From: an uncultured Pseudobdellovibrionaceae bacterium
GTDB lineage: Bacteria > Patescibacteriota > Minisyncoccia > Moranbacterales > GCA-2747515
Length of the DNA: 64,000 nt
Assembly: GCA_964463705.1 (NCBI GenBank)
Contig: CAYXCH010000006.1
Location: 32,576-96,575 of the forward strand
Direction of reading: 5' to 3'
Below the pieces are notes generated by a model, which saw nothing but the letters and a program-made list of their open reading frames with translations, was not told where the DNA came from and did no database searches. Position 1 is the stretch's first letter; every line of letters begins with the position of its first letter. Position numbers and translations under genes: made by a program. Positions 29,316-40,096 of the stretch are shown piece after piece.

Positions 29316-29939
29316 TTAAATCTTTCCAACCAAATCCACACCGGGTGTTAATGTTTCCGATCCCGGAGTCCAGCTTGCCGGACATACTTGCCCGGGATGC
29401 TCACGAACAAACTGCGCCGCTTCAATCTTTCGCAACAATTCCGCCGCACTGCGCCCAATATCATTGTTATTTACCTCATAAGCCGCCAACACTCCATCCG
29501 GATCAATGATAAATGTTCCGCGCAACGCCAATCCCTCTTCCTCAATATAAACACCGAAATACTTTGCCATACGCCCTGTCGGATCCGCCGCCATCGGATA
29601 GGTAATTTTCTGAATTGATGGCGATGCATCATGCCACGCCTTGTGCGTAAACGCCGTATCGGTGCTGACACTGATAATCTCCACATTCCGCTCCGTAAAC
29701 TTTTCGTAATTCTTGGCCAATTCCTCCAATTCCGTCGGACAAACAAATGTAAAATCTGCCGGATAGAAAAACACAACGGTCCATTTTCCGCGAAAATCAG
29801 AGAGCTTAACACCATCGGTAATGTTACCCTCATGATAAACGGAAAACGTCATATCTTCCACTTCCTCACCGATAACAACTCGGCGATTGCTGTGTTCACC
29901 GCACTCAAAACATGCATTAACTTCTCCGTATTTAGACAT
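29316..29939 (-). CDS. ahpC: 2-Cys peroxiredoxin
   Basis: FYPADFTFVCPTE, GR, VCPASW. Confidence 0.95.
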   Translation of the reverse strand: MSKYGEVNACFECGEHSNRRVVIGEEVEDMTFSVYHEGNITDGVKLSDFRGKWTVVFFYPADFTFVCPTELEELAKNYEKFTERNVEIISVSTDTAFTHKAWHDASPSIQKITYPMAADPTGRMAKYFGVYIEEEGLALRGTFIIDPDGVLAAYEVNNNDIGRSAAELLRKIEAAQFVREHPGQVCPASWTPGSETLTPGVDLVGKI

Positions 29940-30035
29940 ATGTATATTATTATCAACTTAATCCTCTCTCATCATACCACCGCAAAAATTGCTCCGCAAG
30001 TAGACAAGTATTGGGAACTGTTGCGTTCCATATCT

Positions 30036-32345
30036 TTAATCAAAATCTGATGATTTGCACTTACGATCCGGCACCGGCGCAACAATAATCTTACGGTCCA
30101 TTTCCTCGTAATATTTTCGAACACCACGCTCCCACGCCGTATACTGCGGATCTCTTTCCGGATGTTTTGGCGGCGGACCGAGCGGATTTTCTCTATCAAC
30201 ATAGTGCAAAATGCTGTGCGCGTTAATAAACTTACGCCGCTTGACATCCCGATCCGCATCCTCGCACGCATCGGATTTAAGGCACCAAGTATTCTTTTTC
30301 TTAGAAATGCGACATACTTTTTCCTCCACCATTTCCGGTACAAATCCATCCCGCAGCGGGCGACGCTCCGTATCATCATCTGTCGTCTTCGCATCAGACC
30401 CTTCCGCCTCATCATCACCATAATCCGGAAAATGCTCAATGCGCGTCCCGTCCAACGATTGTTCCAAAAACGCTCGCCAAATCGGTGCCGCTACGACGCT
30501 TCCCGACGCACCATCTCGCATTGGCCGGTTATCATTATTCCCCACCCATACACCAACCGCCAATGAGGGTGTATATCCCATTGTCCACGCATCACGAAAA
30601 CTGTTTGTCGTTCCCGTCTTTGCTGCAACAGGACGATCATCAAACCGCAACGGATTATTTGCGGAAAACGCCGGAACGCGGTACTTGTTGGTGGATAGTG
30701 CCTCATCAAGCATTGCAACATATTCCTCCTCCACTACACGCACCCCCTCCGTATCATGCCACTGTTCCACCACTTCTCCCTCTTTATCCTCAATACGCAA
30801 AATCATTGTCAGCGGCTTACGCACTCCGCCGTTTGCAAGGGTTGCATAGGCATGAGTATGATTTAACAGTGTTACTTCTCCACCACCCAACACCAGTGAC
30901 AACCCGTATCGCCGCGGATGCTCCAATCCCGTCACCCCCAGCTCTCGCGCAAGACGTGCCGCCTCCGACACACCAACCAAATACAACGCCTTTACCGCCG
31001 GGATATTCAAGGACATCGCCAACGCGCGCTTTACCTTTACCGGACCGCGAAATGTCCCATCATAGTTTCGCGGCTCATACGGATCTTCCCCGTCATCAAA
31101 TCGTGTTCGCACATCATACAGAATTGTATCCGGTGAGTACCCCTTACGAAACAACCCCAAATATACATAGGGTTTAAACGAGCTTCCCGGCTGTCGAAAG
31201 CGCATGGCAACATTAACATTTCCATCAATCTCGCGACTAAAATAGTCTACACTTCCCACCATCGCCAATACCTGTGCCGTCCGAGGATCAATCGCTACCA
31301 ATGCGGCATTTTCGGCATTATACCGAGCATTACGCTCTACCCCTTCACGAACGACCGTCTCGGCCCGGCGCTGTGCCTCCATATCAATCGTCGTAATCAC
31401 TCGCATCCCCGCCTCCTCCAACTCTTGTTTTCCGTAGCGCTTCTCCAAATACTCACGGATCGCCATCACAAAATGTGGCGCCCGAATCTGTGTTCGTTGC
31501 GGTGTTATCTTTTCTAACGTATCAATCGCCTTTGCCTCATCGGCACGTTGACGAGTAATGTATCCCAACTCCGCCATCTGATCCAGCGCATAGTGCTGAC
31601 GTCGTACAAGACGCTCCAAACGAGCCGGAGATGTGTTATACGGAGAATAGCGGGACGGTTGTTGCGGAAGCGCCGCCAGCAATGCCGCCTCATCCAGCGT
31701 CAGCTCTCGTGCATGTTTACCGAAAAATGTCTGCGCCGCCGCTTCAATTCCATATGCGTTGGACCCATACGGAATTTCGTTAAGGTACATTGCCAAAATT
31801 TCATCTTTGGTAAACTTACGCTCCAACTCCATTGAAAGAATAACCTCCTTCAGTTTGCGCTCATATGTACGCTCACTGGTCAATAACGTATTCTTAATCA
31901 ACTGCTGTGTAATCGTTGACCCTCCACTGCTGCGACCACCAACCAACTGCGGAAACACTTGGGAAATTGCCGCACGAAGAATTGCGGTAATCTTAACACC
32001 GTGATGTTTGTAAAAATCTTGATCCTCCAATGCAAGTGTCGCATAGCGCACAACTGTTGGAATTTCTTCAAATGGAATAATTGTTCGCTTCTCCTCTCCG
32101 TGAATATCATACAATAGTACCGTCCCCGTCCGATCATAAATTTTCGTAGACTCCACCACCTTCAATGCGGTAATCTCATCAGCGGGCGGCAAGTCTTTTG
32201 CGTAATACCAAAACACTCCCGCCGCTCCCACAAGCGCAATCACGCCGAGTGTCAATATACCGTATGTCGCAATTCGCCCTATCGTTCGCCACATTGTCCG
32301 CCGCGATGCCCGCCGTCGCTTTCGCATATGATATCGTGCACCCAT
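30036..32345 (-). CDS. Class A penicillin-binding protein (PBP1A family)
   Basis: TM, EDQDFYKHHG, GGSTITQQ, RKLKE, SSFK, SLN, KTGT. Confidence 0.95.
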   Translation of the reverse strand: MGARYHMRKRRRASRRTMWRTIGRIATYGILTLGVIALVGAAGVFWYYAKDLPPADEITALKVVESTKIYDRTGTVLLYDIHGEEKRTIIPFEEIPTVVRYATLALEDQDFYKHHGVKITAILRAAISQVFPQLVGGRSSGGSTITQQLIKNTLLTSERTYERKLKEVILSMELERKFTKDEILAMYLNEIPYGSNAYGIEAAAQTFFGKHARELTLDEAALLAALPQQPSRYSPYNTSPARLERLVRRQHYALDQMAELGYITRQRADEAKAIDTLEKITPQRTQIRAPHFVMAIREYLEKRYGKQELEEAGMRVITTIDMEAQRRAETVVREGVERNARYNAENAALVAIDPRTAQVLAMVGSVDYFSREIDGNVNVAMRFRQPGSSFKPYVYLGLFRKGYSPDTILYDVRTRFDDGEDPYEPRNYDGTFRGPVKVKRALAMSLNIPAVKALYLVGVSEAARLARELGVTGLEHPRRYGLSLVLGGGEVTLLNHTHAYATLANGGVRKPLTMILRIEDKEGEVVEQWHDTEGVRVVEEEYVAMLDEALSTNKYRVPAFSANNPLRFDDRPVAAKTGTTNSFRDAWTMGYTPSLAVGVWVGNNDNRPMRDGASGSVVAAPIWRAFLEQSLDGTRIEHFPDYGDDEAEGSDAKTTDDDTERRPLRDGFVPEMVEEKVCRISKKKNTWCLKSDACEDADRDVKRRKFINAHSILHYVDRENPLGPPPKHPERDPQYTAWERGVRKYYEEMDRKIIVAPVPDRKCKSSDFD

Positions 32346-32504
32346 AAAAACACCTCGTTAACTTACACCCGTATTTTACCGCACTTAAAGTAATTGCGCC
32401 AATTATTCTCTTTCCGAAAAATTGTTATTTGCAAAGAGCAGAGTTCGGAAAATAAAACGCATTCTATTTATTGGCAATGTGCCACGACAAACAAAAATCC
32501 ATCG

Positions 32505-33338
32505 TTATTTCAAAACACTGTCAATGGCCTGCATATACTTTTCCGGCTGACCAATAAAATCAAAATGTCCGCCTTTTACTGAACAAAATCCATCCAAATA
32601 TCCATCTTCATACGCTTTCCCTAATTTCTTTTGAATTTTATCCATAAAAAAAGTAAGATCATCTGCGCCGGCAATGACTGAAATTTTAATTCCTTTTTCT
32701 TTAAGTTCTTTCATAATTTCCATAATGTCAAATTCGGCCAATTCGCTTACTTCATCATATGATCGGCGTGGATTTTTTTGAATATATTTAGCCGATTCTT
32801 TTATCATTCTATAGCCGTCAGCTGGATAATTAACAATAAATTTTAATAAATCCATCACAAATAAACCGAATAATTTAAATTTATTTTCCCATCCGGTTAA
32901 GCCGGCCGGATTTAATAAAACTATATTATTAAATTTTTCCGGATATTGTCTGGCTACCAGCAACAAATTTATAGCCCCTTCCGAATAACCGATTGCATCC
33001 GTCTTCTCAATCTGTTTTCTCTCCAATATTGAAAGTAAAGAAACCGCCTTACGGAGTTCCTCTGTTTCTTCCTTGCTTCCATCAATTCTAGCATGACTCA
33101 ACGATACCACTCGACGTTTTTGTTTAGCCAATTCTTTTAACGGTTTTTCTATAGAATCGATTGTTATTGACCAGCCGGGAGCAAAAAACACCGGAATATC
33201 CGTTTTCATTTCGTCGGGAACAATATCAATGGTGTCAATTGTTCCCCAGGTAAATTCTTCTTGTCCTTTAAATACCTTTAATTCAATTTCTTTTCGGCCC
33301 TTTTCCGAAAAATCAATATTATCCCTTGGTGAAAACAT
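32505..33338 (-). CDS. Alpha/beta hydrolase (low-GC island)
   Basis: PGWS oxyanion loop, GYSEG nucleophile elbow, GADD, GGH. Confidence 0.82.
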   Translation of the reverse strand: MFSPRDNIDFSEKGRKEIELKVFKGQEEFTWGTIDTIDIVPDEMKTDIPVFFAPGWSITIDSIEKPLKELAKQKRRVVSLSHARIDGSKEETEELRKAVSLLSILERKQIEKTDAIGYSEGAINLLLVARQYPEKFNNIVLLNPAGLTGWENKFKLFGLFVMDLLKFIVNYPADGYRMIKESAKYIQKNPRRSYDEVSELAEFDIMEIMKELKEKGIKISVIAGADDLTFFMDKIQKKLGKAYEDGYLDGFCSVKGGHFDFIGQPEKYMQAIDSVLK

Positions 33339-33774
33339 AATTAATAAAGTTATCTACAACTGTTTTAGAAATCTCTCTGCCTATTCTGTTACAGAATTTT
33401 TCATTTTAATGGTTAAGTCAATACTATCTTAAAAGCTGTTTATTCCCCCGCTTACAATAAGGGATTGGCATTTGAATTTGAGTGCAAGAGCACATCCGTT
33501 TACGAAATAAGTTTTCATAGCAAACTCAATCACAAAGCGATGACTGCTTTACAAAGTAAAATACTTATTTAGAGCTTGTCAACTATTTGTATTTTTGATG
33601 TGTCGCTTCTATCACAAAATACACTTTGGATAAAAACAAGTTGTACAGAATTCCACTACACTTTTGCTTCACTCTGTTGCCATCTTAGCGCATCATTAAA
33701 AACATATTATATTAAGCATTACAACCCCGTACGCATTTCGAAATCTGAACGAGTACTTTATTTGTTGCACTATA

Positions 33775-34260
33775 TTACCTTACATCAACAATCTCAATTT
33801 CTATAACATTAGAGGTCTCAATCTCTCCAGTTTGTGCATTTCTGGCGGTAATGAATACTTTGTGCGGTGATGATTTTTTCGGGAATTTACTGGCGTGTAT
33901 TTTTATATAGTTGCTTTCATTTTTTTGTATCAAGCGACCACTAATCGGTATTTTATTTCCATTATCATCAATAATGTACACGATAAAATCACTACCGCTC
34001 GGAAAAGATTTACTTGTTCTAAAGTAAACTGTTTCGGAGTTTGTATACTTGCTGCCGGCACGAATAAAAAACGTGCCTTCATTTTCTACTTCATGACTTG
34101 CGGAAACGTTATATTGTCGCTTAGGCTGCGCACTTTTCTCTGTTTGCTCTTCTATCCATTCTATTGCTACAGGAATAAGATTTAATACTCCGACAATAAC
34201 CATAGATAATATGATGAGTACTATAATTCCAACAATGTCGCCTTTATTGTTCGTAGTCAT
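33775..34260 (-). CDS. Hypothetical membrane-anchored protein (low-GC island)
   Basis: N-terminal TM followed by a beta-rich domain. Confidence 0.65.
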   Translation of the reverse strand: MTTNNKGDIVGIIVLIILSMVIVGVLNLIPVAIEWIEEQTEKSAQPKRQYNVSASHEVENEGTFFIRAGSKYTNSETVYFRTSKSFPSGSDFIVYIIDDNGNKIPISGRLIQKNESNYIKIHASKFPKKSSPHKVFITARNAQTGEIETSNVIEIEIVDVR

Positions 34261-34272
34261 GGATGTTTGAAG

Positions 34273-35049
34273 TTAAGAAGAAATGATTGCGTAGGTAAAA
34301 TATGATATTGTAATACCTATGGCGAGCATTGAGACTATATAAAACCATGTAAGCCACTTCCTTTCAAGGAAAAATAATAATGTGTTTATTAGTCCGGACA
34401 CAATGGCAACAATAATTGCATATATGCCTATATATTCATCAGGAGTTCCAAATAAAAATATCAAGCCTATGCCAATACAAACAATTGGAAACAATGACAT
34501 GAGAATCAAAAAAGTGACACCCTCTTCGCCGATAAGTCCCTTAATGGTTTTATCTTTGGAAAGTAGAACAATAAGAAATTCTCTTAGAGAATACCGTATT
34601 GACGGCAATTGCCTTACCGGGTTGTTGTAGAATGGATGATATAGCAAATAAATAGAGAGAATTGTACTTATTATCATAGCAAGCTGTTCCAATATAAGTA
34701 CCGCCATGAAAATATCTTGCCCACCATTAAGTGAGTATTCCTCCTTAATCACAAAAAAGAACGGTATCATTAAAAAATTAAGCACTACCATTAAGATTAA
34801 TGCCAGCCTTTGTCCATAAAGAATGCCGTATATGGCATAAGTGTCCAAATACAACCAAACAGCTGAAAACGGAATATACAGTAAAAGTGCTATGAGGCAA
34901 CCAAAGTCTGTACACCCGTTATAAAACTTGAGTATTGACGGTACCACCTGCATAAAAACAACCAGACCCACACATGCTATCACCAACGCCTGCCAAGGAC
35001 GTCCCGACAGAAATTCTTGTCGTATAATATTGTTTACACCCATACCCAC
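34273..35049 (-). CDS. Hypothetical polytopic membrane protein (low-GC island)
   Basis: About 7 hydrophobic segments. Confidence 0.7.
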   Translation of the reverse strand: MGMGVNNIIRQEFLSGRPWQALVIACVGLVVFMQVVPSILKFYNGCTDFGCLIALLLYIPFSAVWLYLDTYAIYGILYGQRLALILMVVLNFLMIPFFFVIKEEYSLNGGQDIFMAVLILEQLAMIISTILSIYLLYHPFYNNPVRQLPSIRYSLREFLIVLLSKDKTIKGLIGEEGVTFLILMSLFPIVCIGIGLIFLFGTPDEYIGIYAIIVAIVSGLINTLLFFLERKWLTWFYIVSMLAIGITISYFTYAIISS

Positions 35050-35426
35050 AATACTATTTTAGTTATTCAATATTTTGGCTAACAAAATAACACAAGTCAT
35101 ATATCGTCTTTCACGCAATCCATTATACCATACTATTAAAGTATTCAGTTGGTGTGTTTGAGGTAAACATATTTTTTATTTTTTGTAAAAAATACGATTT
35201 ACATTGTATACGGCATGCTCTTTTAGAGAGCTTTACTGTGCAACGTTTAAAAAATTTTACATAACTTAAATCACCTAAAATCTTTATTCTATGATCTTCA
35301 TATACTGCCATTTTAAACATTTACGAAAGCCTTGGCATTTAATCTAAAACCAACATTAAAAACTATTTAAGTGCTCCTGTCGCCGCACTCATATTTTGCC
35401 ACACTTGCAGTAACGCGCCATTGTGT

Positions 35427-37145
35427 CTACAGTATGAAGCGAGATTTTACTTGCTCCCACACTTCCCGTGAGTAAAATTCTGGTCGCATAATTTTATCCT
35501 CATCCAACAATCCCCATTTTTTCAAAATCCGCGCGGAATCAATATTGACTCCTGATACATAAGCATACTTATCTGCCCCAAATTTTTCCAATTCCTTCAT
35601 CACACGCAATTGCTCCAAATACACCAAATCCTTGGAACTCGTAGGTTCTCCACCGGATAGTGAACGAGCTCCACGGAACAGTCGCAATGTACGATTAACC
35701 GCCAGGCGCATCAATCGATCTCGCTCTGCGCGTGCAGACGTTGCCGAAACCGCATTGGTGGACTCCTGTTTATCTATTGACTGAACAGCATTTTTATAGA
35801 ATGTCTCCACGCACTGCGCAAAATCTCCACCGGTACTGCGCACGGCAAGCGCTCGCACATAATTTGACGCCGGCAATTGACGATAACCAAACAACTCCCG
35901 AGAAATTTTATCCTGGTTGTACATTGCGCCCGCTTCGGCATACAGCTCCGATCTATCCCCGCGAATATCGCCAAATAACTTAAGAGGTAAATGCTTTCTA
36001 TTTTCACTTTGCAATACATGCCCCTCCACTTCATGCGCACACGCCACGGAAACCGCCTTGGCAATGGAAATTTTTCTGCACGGAATTTTAATAACTTTTT
36101 GCACACCATCTACAAACATTCCTCCACCATCGGTTACCACCACTTGCCACTTGTTATCCGATGCCGGCCCCGGACGATTTACGGTATAATACTTGGAATC
36201 CTCCATGCTCTTGACACCGTACTGTTCCAACACAAATTCCACCATACGCACCACCTCCTCACTATCAACAGTTTCCGCAAATAATTTTTCCGGATCAATA
36301 CCTCGCTGACGGATACGCTCTTCTCGCATGCTATCGTTTTGATACCGTTCGGCATCAATATAATCGGCAAAATCAAGAAGTTCTTTGGTTAAAGCCGAAT
36401 ATATGCCTGACACATCCGGAGAATCACTCGCCCCGAACACAAACCGATCGTATCGTGCGGTATTGCGATCTGATTGCTTGGGTGGTGATTGAGTAAAGCG
36501 CTTATCTGCAGCTATTGCCATTTGCGTCCGTGCAATCAATTCATTGACACGCTGTAGATACAGTATTAAAAAATCCTTCTTAATTGAATCGTTCTCTCCG
36601 GGCAATTGTGTCAATTCGTTTTTTATACGCTGCTTAAACGCCCGCAAGTCCCGCAATTTTTTCTCGGTTTCATCCGGATTAAGCACATAGTGCACCCGCT
36701 CTGTTACACCGGCATCCAGAGAAAACGTCTCTCCACGTTGCAACTGCTGCTGAAACCGCTCTACACTATCATTACAAAAGTATTGCATGGAACGATTTCC
36801 CAACTCCTTTATTTCCGTGATATCAGTCGTTGACATCTTCCCAATGCTGCGCGTGATTTCTTCCGTCACTGATTGCGGAGAATTGCCCAACAACTTCACT
36901 CCGGTTACCTCCGTGAAATCCTTCCGTCCGTGATCAGTTAAAAAGTACCCGGTATAAAAATCCGTCGTTACTACCGGGACTTTGTATATTTCATACAACT
37001 CATCGCCAAGTCTGTTTTCATACGCTATAAACTCTACGCGCTCAGACTCAGATAACCGATACACCTCTTGATTTTCCAATTTTTGAACCGACCCAGCAAT
37101 TGTTTCCGGTGGACGCCGCGGGTAGAGTGATTCTTTTTCGTACAT
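35427..37145 (-). CDS. DUF1704/MATCAP-like gluzincin carboxypeptidase
   Basis: AHEVEGH (HExxxH), downstream EAGA third ligand, RxFRG and SKDLVYL motifs. Confidence 0.72.
   Translation of the reverse strand: MYEKESLYPRRPPETIAGSVQKLENQEVYRLSESERVEFIAYENRLGDELYEIYKVPVVTTDFYTGYFLTDHGRKDFTEVTGVKLLGNSPQSVTEEITRSIGKMSTTDITEIKELGNRSMQYFCNDSVERFQQQLQRGETFSLDAGVTERVHYVLNPDETEKKLRDLRAFKQRIKNELTQLPGENDSIKKDFLILYLQRVNELIARTQMAIAADKRFTQSPPKQSDRNTARYDRFVFGASDSPDVSGIYSALTKELLDFADYIDAERYQNDSMREERIRQRGIDPEKLFAETVDSEEVVRMVEFVLEQYGVKSMEDSKYYTVNRPGPASDNKWQVVVTDGGGMFVDGVQKVIKIPCRKISIAKAVSVACAHEVEGHVLQSENRKHLPLKLFGDIRGDRSELYAEAGAMYNQDKISRELFGYRQLPASNYVRALAVRSTGGDFAQCVETFYKNAVQSIDKQESTNAVSATSARAERDRLMRLAVNRTLRLFRGARSLSGGEPTSSKDLVYLEQLRVMKELEKFGADKYAYVSGVNIDSARILKKWGLLDEDKIMRPEFYSREVWEQVKSRFIL
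35631..35738. repeat. 108-bp direct repeat, copy 1
   Basis: 4 mismatches to 38110-38217 by manual alignment. Confidence 0.92.
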
Positions 37146-37158
37146 ACAACTTTAGTTA

Positions 37159-38049
37159 TCAACTGGAGAAGCTTTTATGAAAACCGGCAAGAATTTCTTG
37201 AACTATGTTTTTATTGCTATGTGCAATTTGAAATCCCTTGAAATTGGCTGATAGGTTAATTTCTATCACCCTGAACCGCTTATTGCTGTCAACGATAATA
37301 TCAACCCCCACATAATCACACAACAATTTTTGCGCAACGTTTTCGGCAAATTTAAACATTTTCACGTCATAATATGATTCAATTGAAGCGCCTTGCGAGA
37401 AGTTATGCTTCCAATCACTGGTTGTGCCCGACCTTTTAATGGCCCCAATGGTCTTTCCGGCACACACTATGACACGGTAATCACAAGTAGTTGGTATAAA
37501 CTCTTGTAAAATAATGCTCTTATCTGGATTTTTGGCAACATAGTCAACTAAATCTTGCTCGGTACTCATTTTATGTACGCTAAGACCGAAGCTTCCCTCA
37601 ACATCCTTTAAAATAATTGGAAACGACCAAGGAATAACCTTCAACAAGTATTTTGAATTTTGGCTTACAGGATGCAAGGTGTCAATTGTCGGTATATTAT
37701 ATTTCAAAAAAAGTTCATATTGTGAAAATTTATCAAAAAATGGATTTTTTGCAAAAAAATCACCATTTACCACCGGAACAGAATTTTCTCGTAAAAATAA
37801 TATCAAACGATATGTTGAAATTCTTTTTTTGATAAGTGTATTATCAACCACCTTGTCATGACAACGCACAATAGCGCCGTTAAATTGTGAAATATCCAGT
37901 AACCGCTGACGATAAATCAGTTTATTTTCATAAAAAAACAGGTTATCAACATTTATAAAAACAAACTCCCAATTCAACCTCAACGCCTCTTCTTTTATGG
38001 TTTTTACTGAGTGAAATTTTTCATTAAAACCAAAATATATAACTTTCAT
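37159..38049 (-). CDS. RimK-family ATP-grasp ligase
   Basis: DKF, PIILK..GSFG, QEFI, DYRV, NFSQG, GVDII, EIN. Confidence 0.85.
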   Translation of the reverse strand: MKVIYFGFNEKFHSVKTIKEEALRLNWEFVFINVDNLFFYENKLIYRQRLLDISQFNGAIVRCHDKVVDNTLIKKRISTYRLILFLRENSVPVVNGDFFAKNPFFDKFSQYELFLKYNIPTIDTLHPVSQNSKYLLKVIPWSFPIILKDVEGSFGLSVHKMSTEQDLVDYVAKNPDKSIILQEFIPTTCDYRVIVCAGKTIGAIKRSGTTSDWKHNFSQGASIESYYDVKMFKFAENVAQKLLCDYVGVDIIVDSNKRFRVIEINLSANFKGFQIAHSNKNIVQEILAGFHKSFSS

Positions 38050-38058
38050 ATATTTTAC

Positions 38059-38316
38059 TTAATCCTCAAATCTAACCGAACACCTACCTATACTCACCAT
38101 TTTACAGTACTTGGAACTTGTAAGTTCTCCACCGGATAGTGAACGAGCTCCACGAAACAGTCGCAATGTACGATTAACCGCCAGGCGCATCAATCGATCT
38201 CGCTCCGCGCGTGCAGATTCTGAAAGTTCGCAAACGTCCTGATTTTTTAATTGTTCTACCGACTCCTTCACCATATCTGGCTGTCTTTGCGGATACAGTA
38301 ATAAGTTCTCTAGCAT
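38059..38316 (-). pseudogene. Internally deleted/chimeric copy of the DUF1704 peptidase gene
   Basis: N-terminus resembles residues 1-34 of 35427..37145, joined directly to a near-identical copy of its SARAERD...TSSK segment. Confidence 0.75.
38110..38217. repeat. 108-bp direct repeat, copy 2
   Basis: 4 mismatches to 35631-35738. Confidence 0.92.
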
Positions 38317-38331
38317 AAATATTTCAACAGA

Positions 38332-39261
38332 TTATTTCAACTTGCTCTTGATAAGCTCTACAATTTCATCACTCATATCAACTCCAACAGCGTCAAGGCA
38401 ATGTTTGTACAATCCCGGACGTCCATTTTCATCAATAATCTTATATCCTTCATCGGTAGCGATAAAATCAAACCCTATAATATCTTTTCCGATCGCTTGT
38501 TGTGCTTTTACAGCAATATGTGCCAACTCTTCACTAACAGGTGCCGGTACCGTCTTTTGCCCGCGACCGTCCTGTTTAAGCGGATCATAAATTTTCCAAT
38601 CTACTTCATCTGATAATAACGGTTTGCGATACCCGAATAATGCCCGTCCGTTACACACCACCACCGAAATCCATCGTGACAAATCATTTTGATAGTACTT
38701 TTCTACCAAAAACTGCTGTTTAGCACCACTGAATCCCTGTACATATTCTATGCAACTTTGTAATTCATCAAATTTATCAAAACGCATAATACCAATTCCC
38801 CATCCACCGAAACGTGGCTTAAGCAACACATCACCGCCAAACGTATCAAAAACTTTGTGCAATCCGTCAATGTCACCACTGCGAATCAATGCAAAATCAC
38901 CTACCGGTAGACCTGCCTTTTTGAGCCTCGTATGTGCGAGAAACTTATCATTTGTTATACGCACACTCTCTCCTGTATTGATTACCGCTACATCAGCACC
39001 CATCACATCCAACATATGACAAAAGTAATTATCCGCTCTCCAATCAGACGGTCGTACCGTATCATGCCAAAAATAAACATCCAAATCATTTAAACACACA
39101 TCACCAACATACACTTTATTGTTGATAATGACTCCGTTGCGAAAGTCTGCCTCCACCAAATCACAATTCGTAGCGGCAACAATATCACGCTTTATGTGCT
39201 CAATATATTCGGGGGTAAAAATTCCCTGAACTGATTTATGAAATCCTATACGCTTTTTCAT
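38332..39261 (-). CDS. Divergent RimK-like ATP-grasp ligase
   Basis: NDKF, LKPRFGGWGIG, EKYY, GFDFI, DENGRPG. Confidence 0.82.
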   Translation of the reverse strand: MKKRIGFHKSVQGIFTPEYIEHIKRDIVAATNCDLVEADFRNGVIINNKVYVGDVCLNDLDVYFWHDTVRPSDWRADNYFCHMLDVMGADVAVINTGESVRITNDKFLAHTRLKKAGLPVGDFALIRSGDIDGLHKVFDTFGGDVLLKPRFGGWGIGIMRFDKFDELQSCIEYVQGFSGAKQQFLVEKYYQNDLSRWISVVVCNGRALFGYRKPLLSDEVDWKIYDPLKQDGRGQKTVPAPVSEELAHIAVKAQQAIGKDIIGFDFIATDEGYKIIDENGRPGLYKHCLDAVGVDMSDEIVELIKSKLK

Positions 39262-40087
39262 ATCGTTTGAGTATATGATTAATAATATGGTTTGCAACAT
39301 TAATTCCGGTCGCCGACTGAAATGCTTCCCATTGCGGGGGAATATTTACTTCCAATACCAATGAATCACTACCACGTTTGATTAAGTCAACACCCGAAAT
39401 ATCATATCCAAACAACTTATGTGCTCGTAATGCCAGCGCCTTTTCCTCTTGTGATAAGTCATACTCCTCAACCTTTCCGCCGAGGGACGCATTGGTGCGA
39501 AAATCTCCTTCATTAGCATACCGCTTAATCGCCCCGAGTACCATATCACCAACCACAAACACACGGATATCGTAGCGAAGCGGAACATATTCCTGAGCCA
39601 AATACCCTATCGGATGTTCTCGCAAAAACTCTAAGGCCTGTTCTTTCGTTTCGTATTTGTTAACACCCTGTCCTTTCTGTGCTTGTTCTGGCTTCAAAAT
39701 AATTGGTGTATCTAACTTAGACAAAACTCGCTTCCACTGTTTCCAGCTTCTGGCATAAACAGTTTTCGGATGCGGAATATTATTTAACTTAAACTGTAAT
39801 GCTTCATAAACCTTCGTAGGAATATACGAACTGGCAAGCACCGTATCAATAACCAATTTATTCTTTATATGTAAATTATAAGCAAGTAACTGTGCAAAAA
39901 CAACAGATTGATTAAATCCCCTGAATATATAGATATCGTGTTGAAAAAATTCCTCCTCGTCCATCGTATCAACGGAAAATGCGATATCCGATATATTATA
40001 TACCACAACCGCAAACCCTCGGCGTGATATTTCTCGCACCAACGATTTTGTGTTAAATGTGTCCGGACCGATAATTGCGAATTTCAT
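39236..40087 (-). CDS. RimK-family ATP-grasp ligase
   Basis: LKP...KGQGV, QEYV, DIRVFVVG, FRTNASLGG, GVDL, EVN. Confidence 0.88.
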   Translation of the reverse strand: MKFAIIGPDTFNTKSLVREISRRGFAVVVYNISDIAFSVDTMDEEEFFQHDIYIFRGFNQSVVFAQLLAYNLHIKNKLVIDTVLASSYIPTKVYEALQFKLNNIPHPKTVYARSWKQWKRVLSKLDTPIILKPEQAQKGQGVNKYETKEQALEFLREHPIGYLAQEYVPLRYDIRVFVVGDMVLGAIKRYANEGDFRTNASLGGKVEEYDLSQEEKALALRAHKLFGYDISGVDLIKRGSDSLVLEVNIPPQWEAFQSATGINVANHIINHILKRYEKAYRIS

Positions 40088-40096
40088 AAAATATTT

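Noticed and set aside
35123-35320. 65-aa ORF in the AT-rich spacer
   Set aside because: No recognisable family; may be a remnant but cannot be supported
35631-38217. 108-bp repeat pair as a DGR template/variable repeat
   Set aside because: The four differences are mixed transitions, not adenine-specific on one copy, and no reverse transcriptase is present
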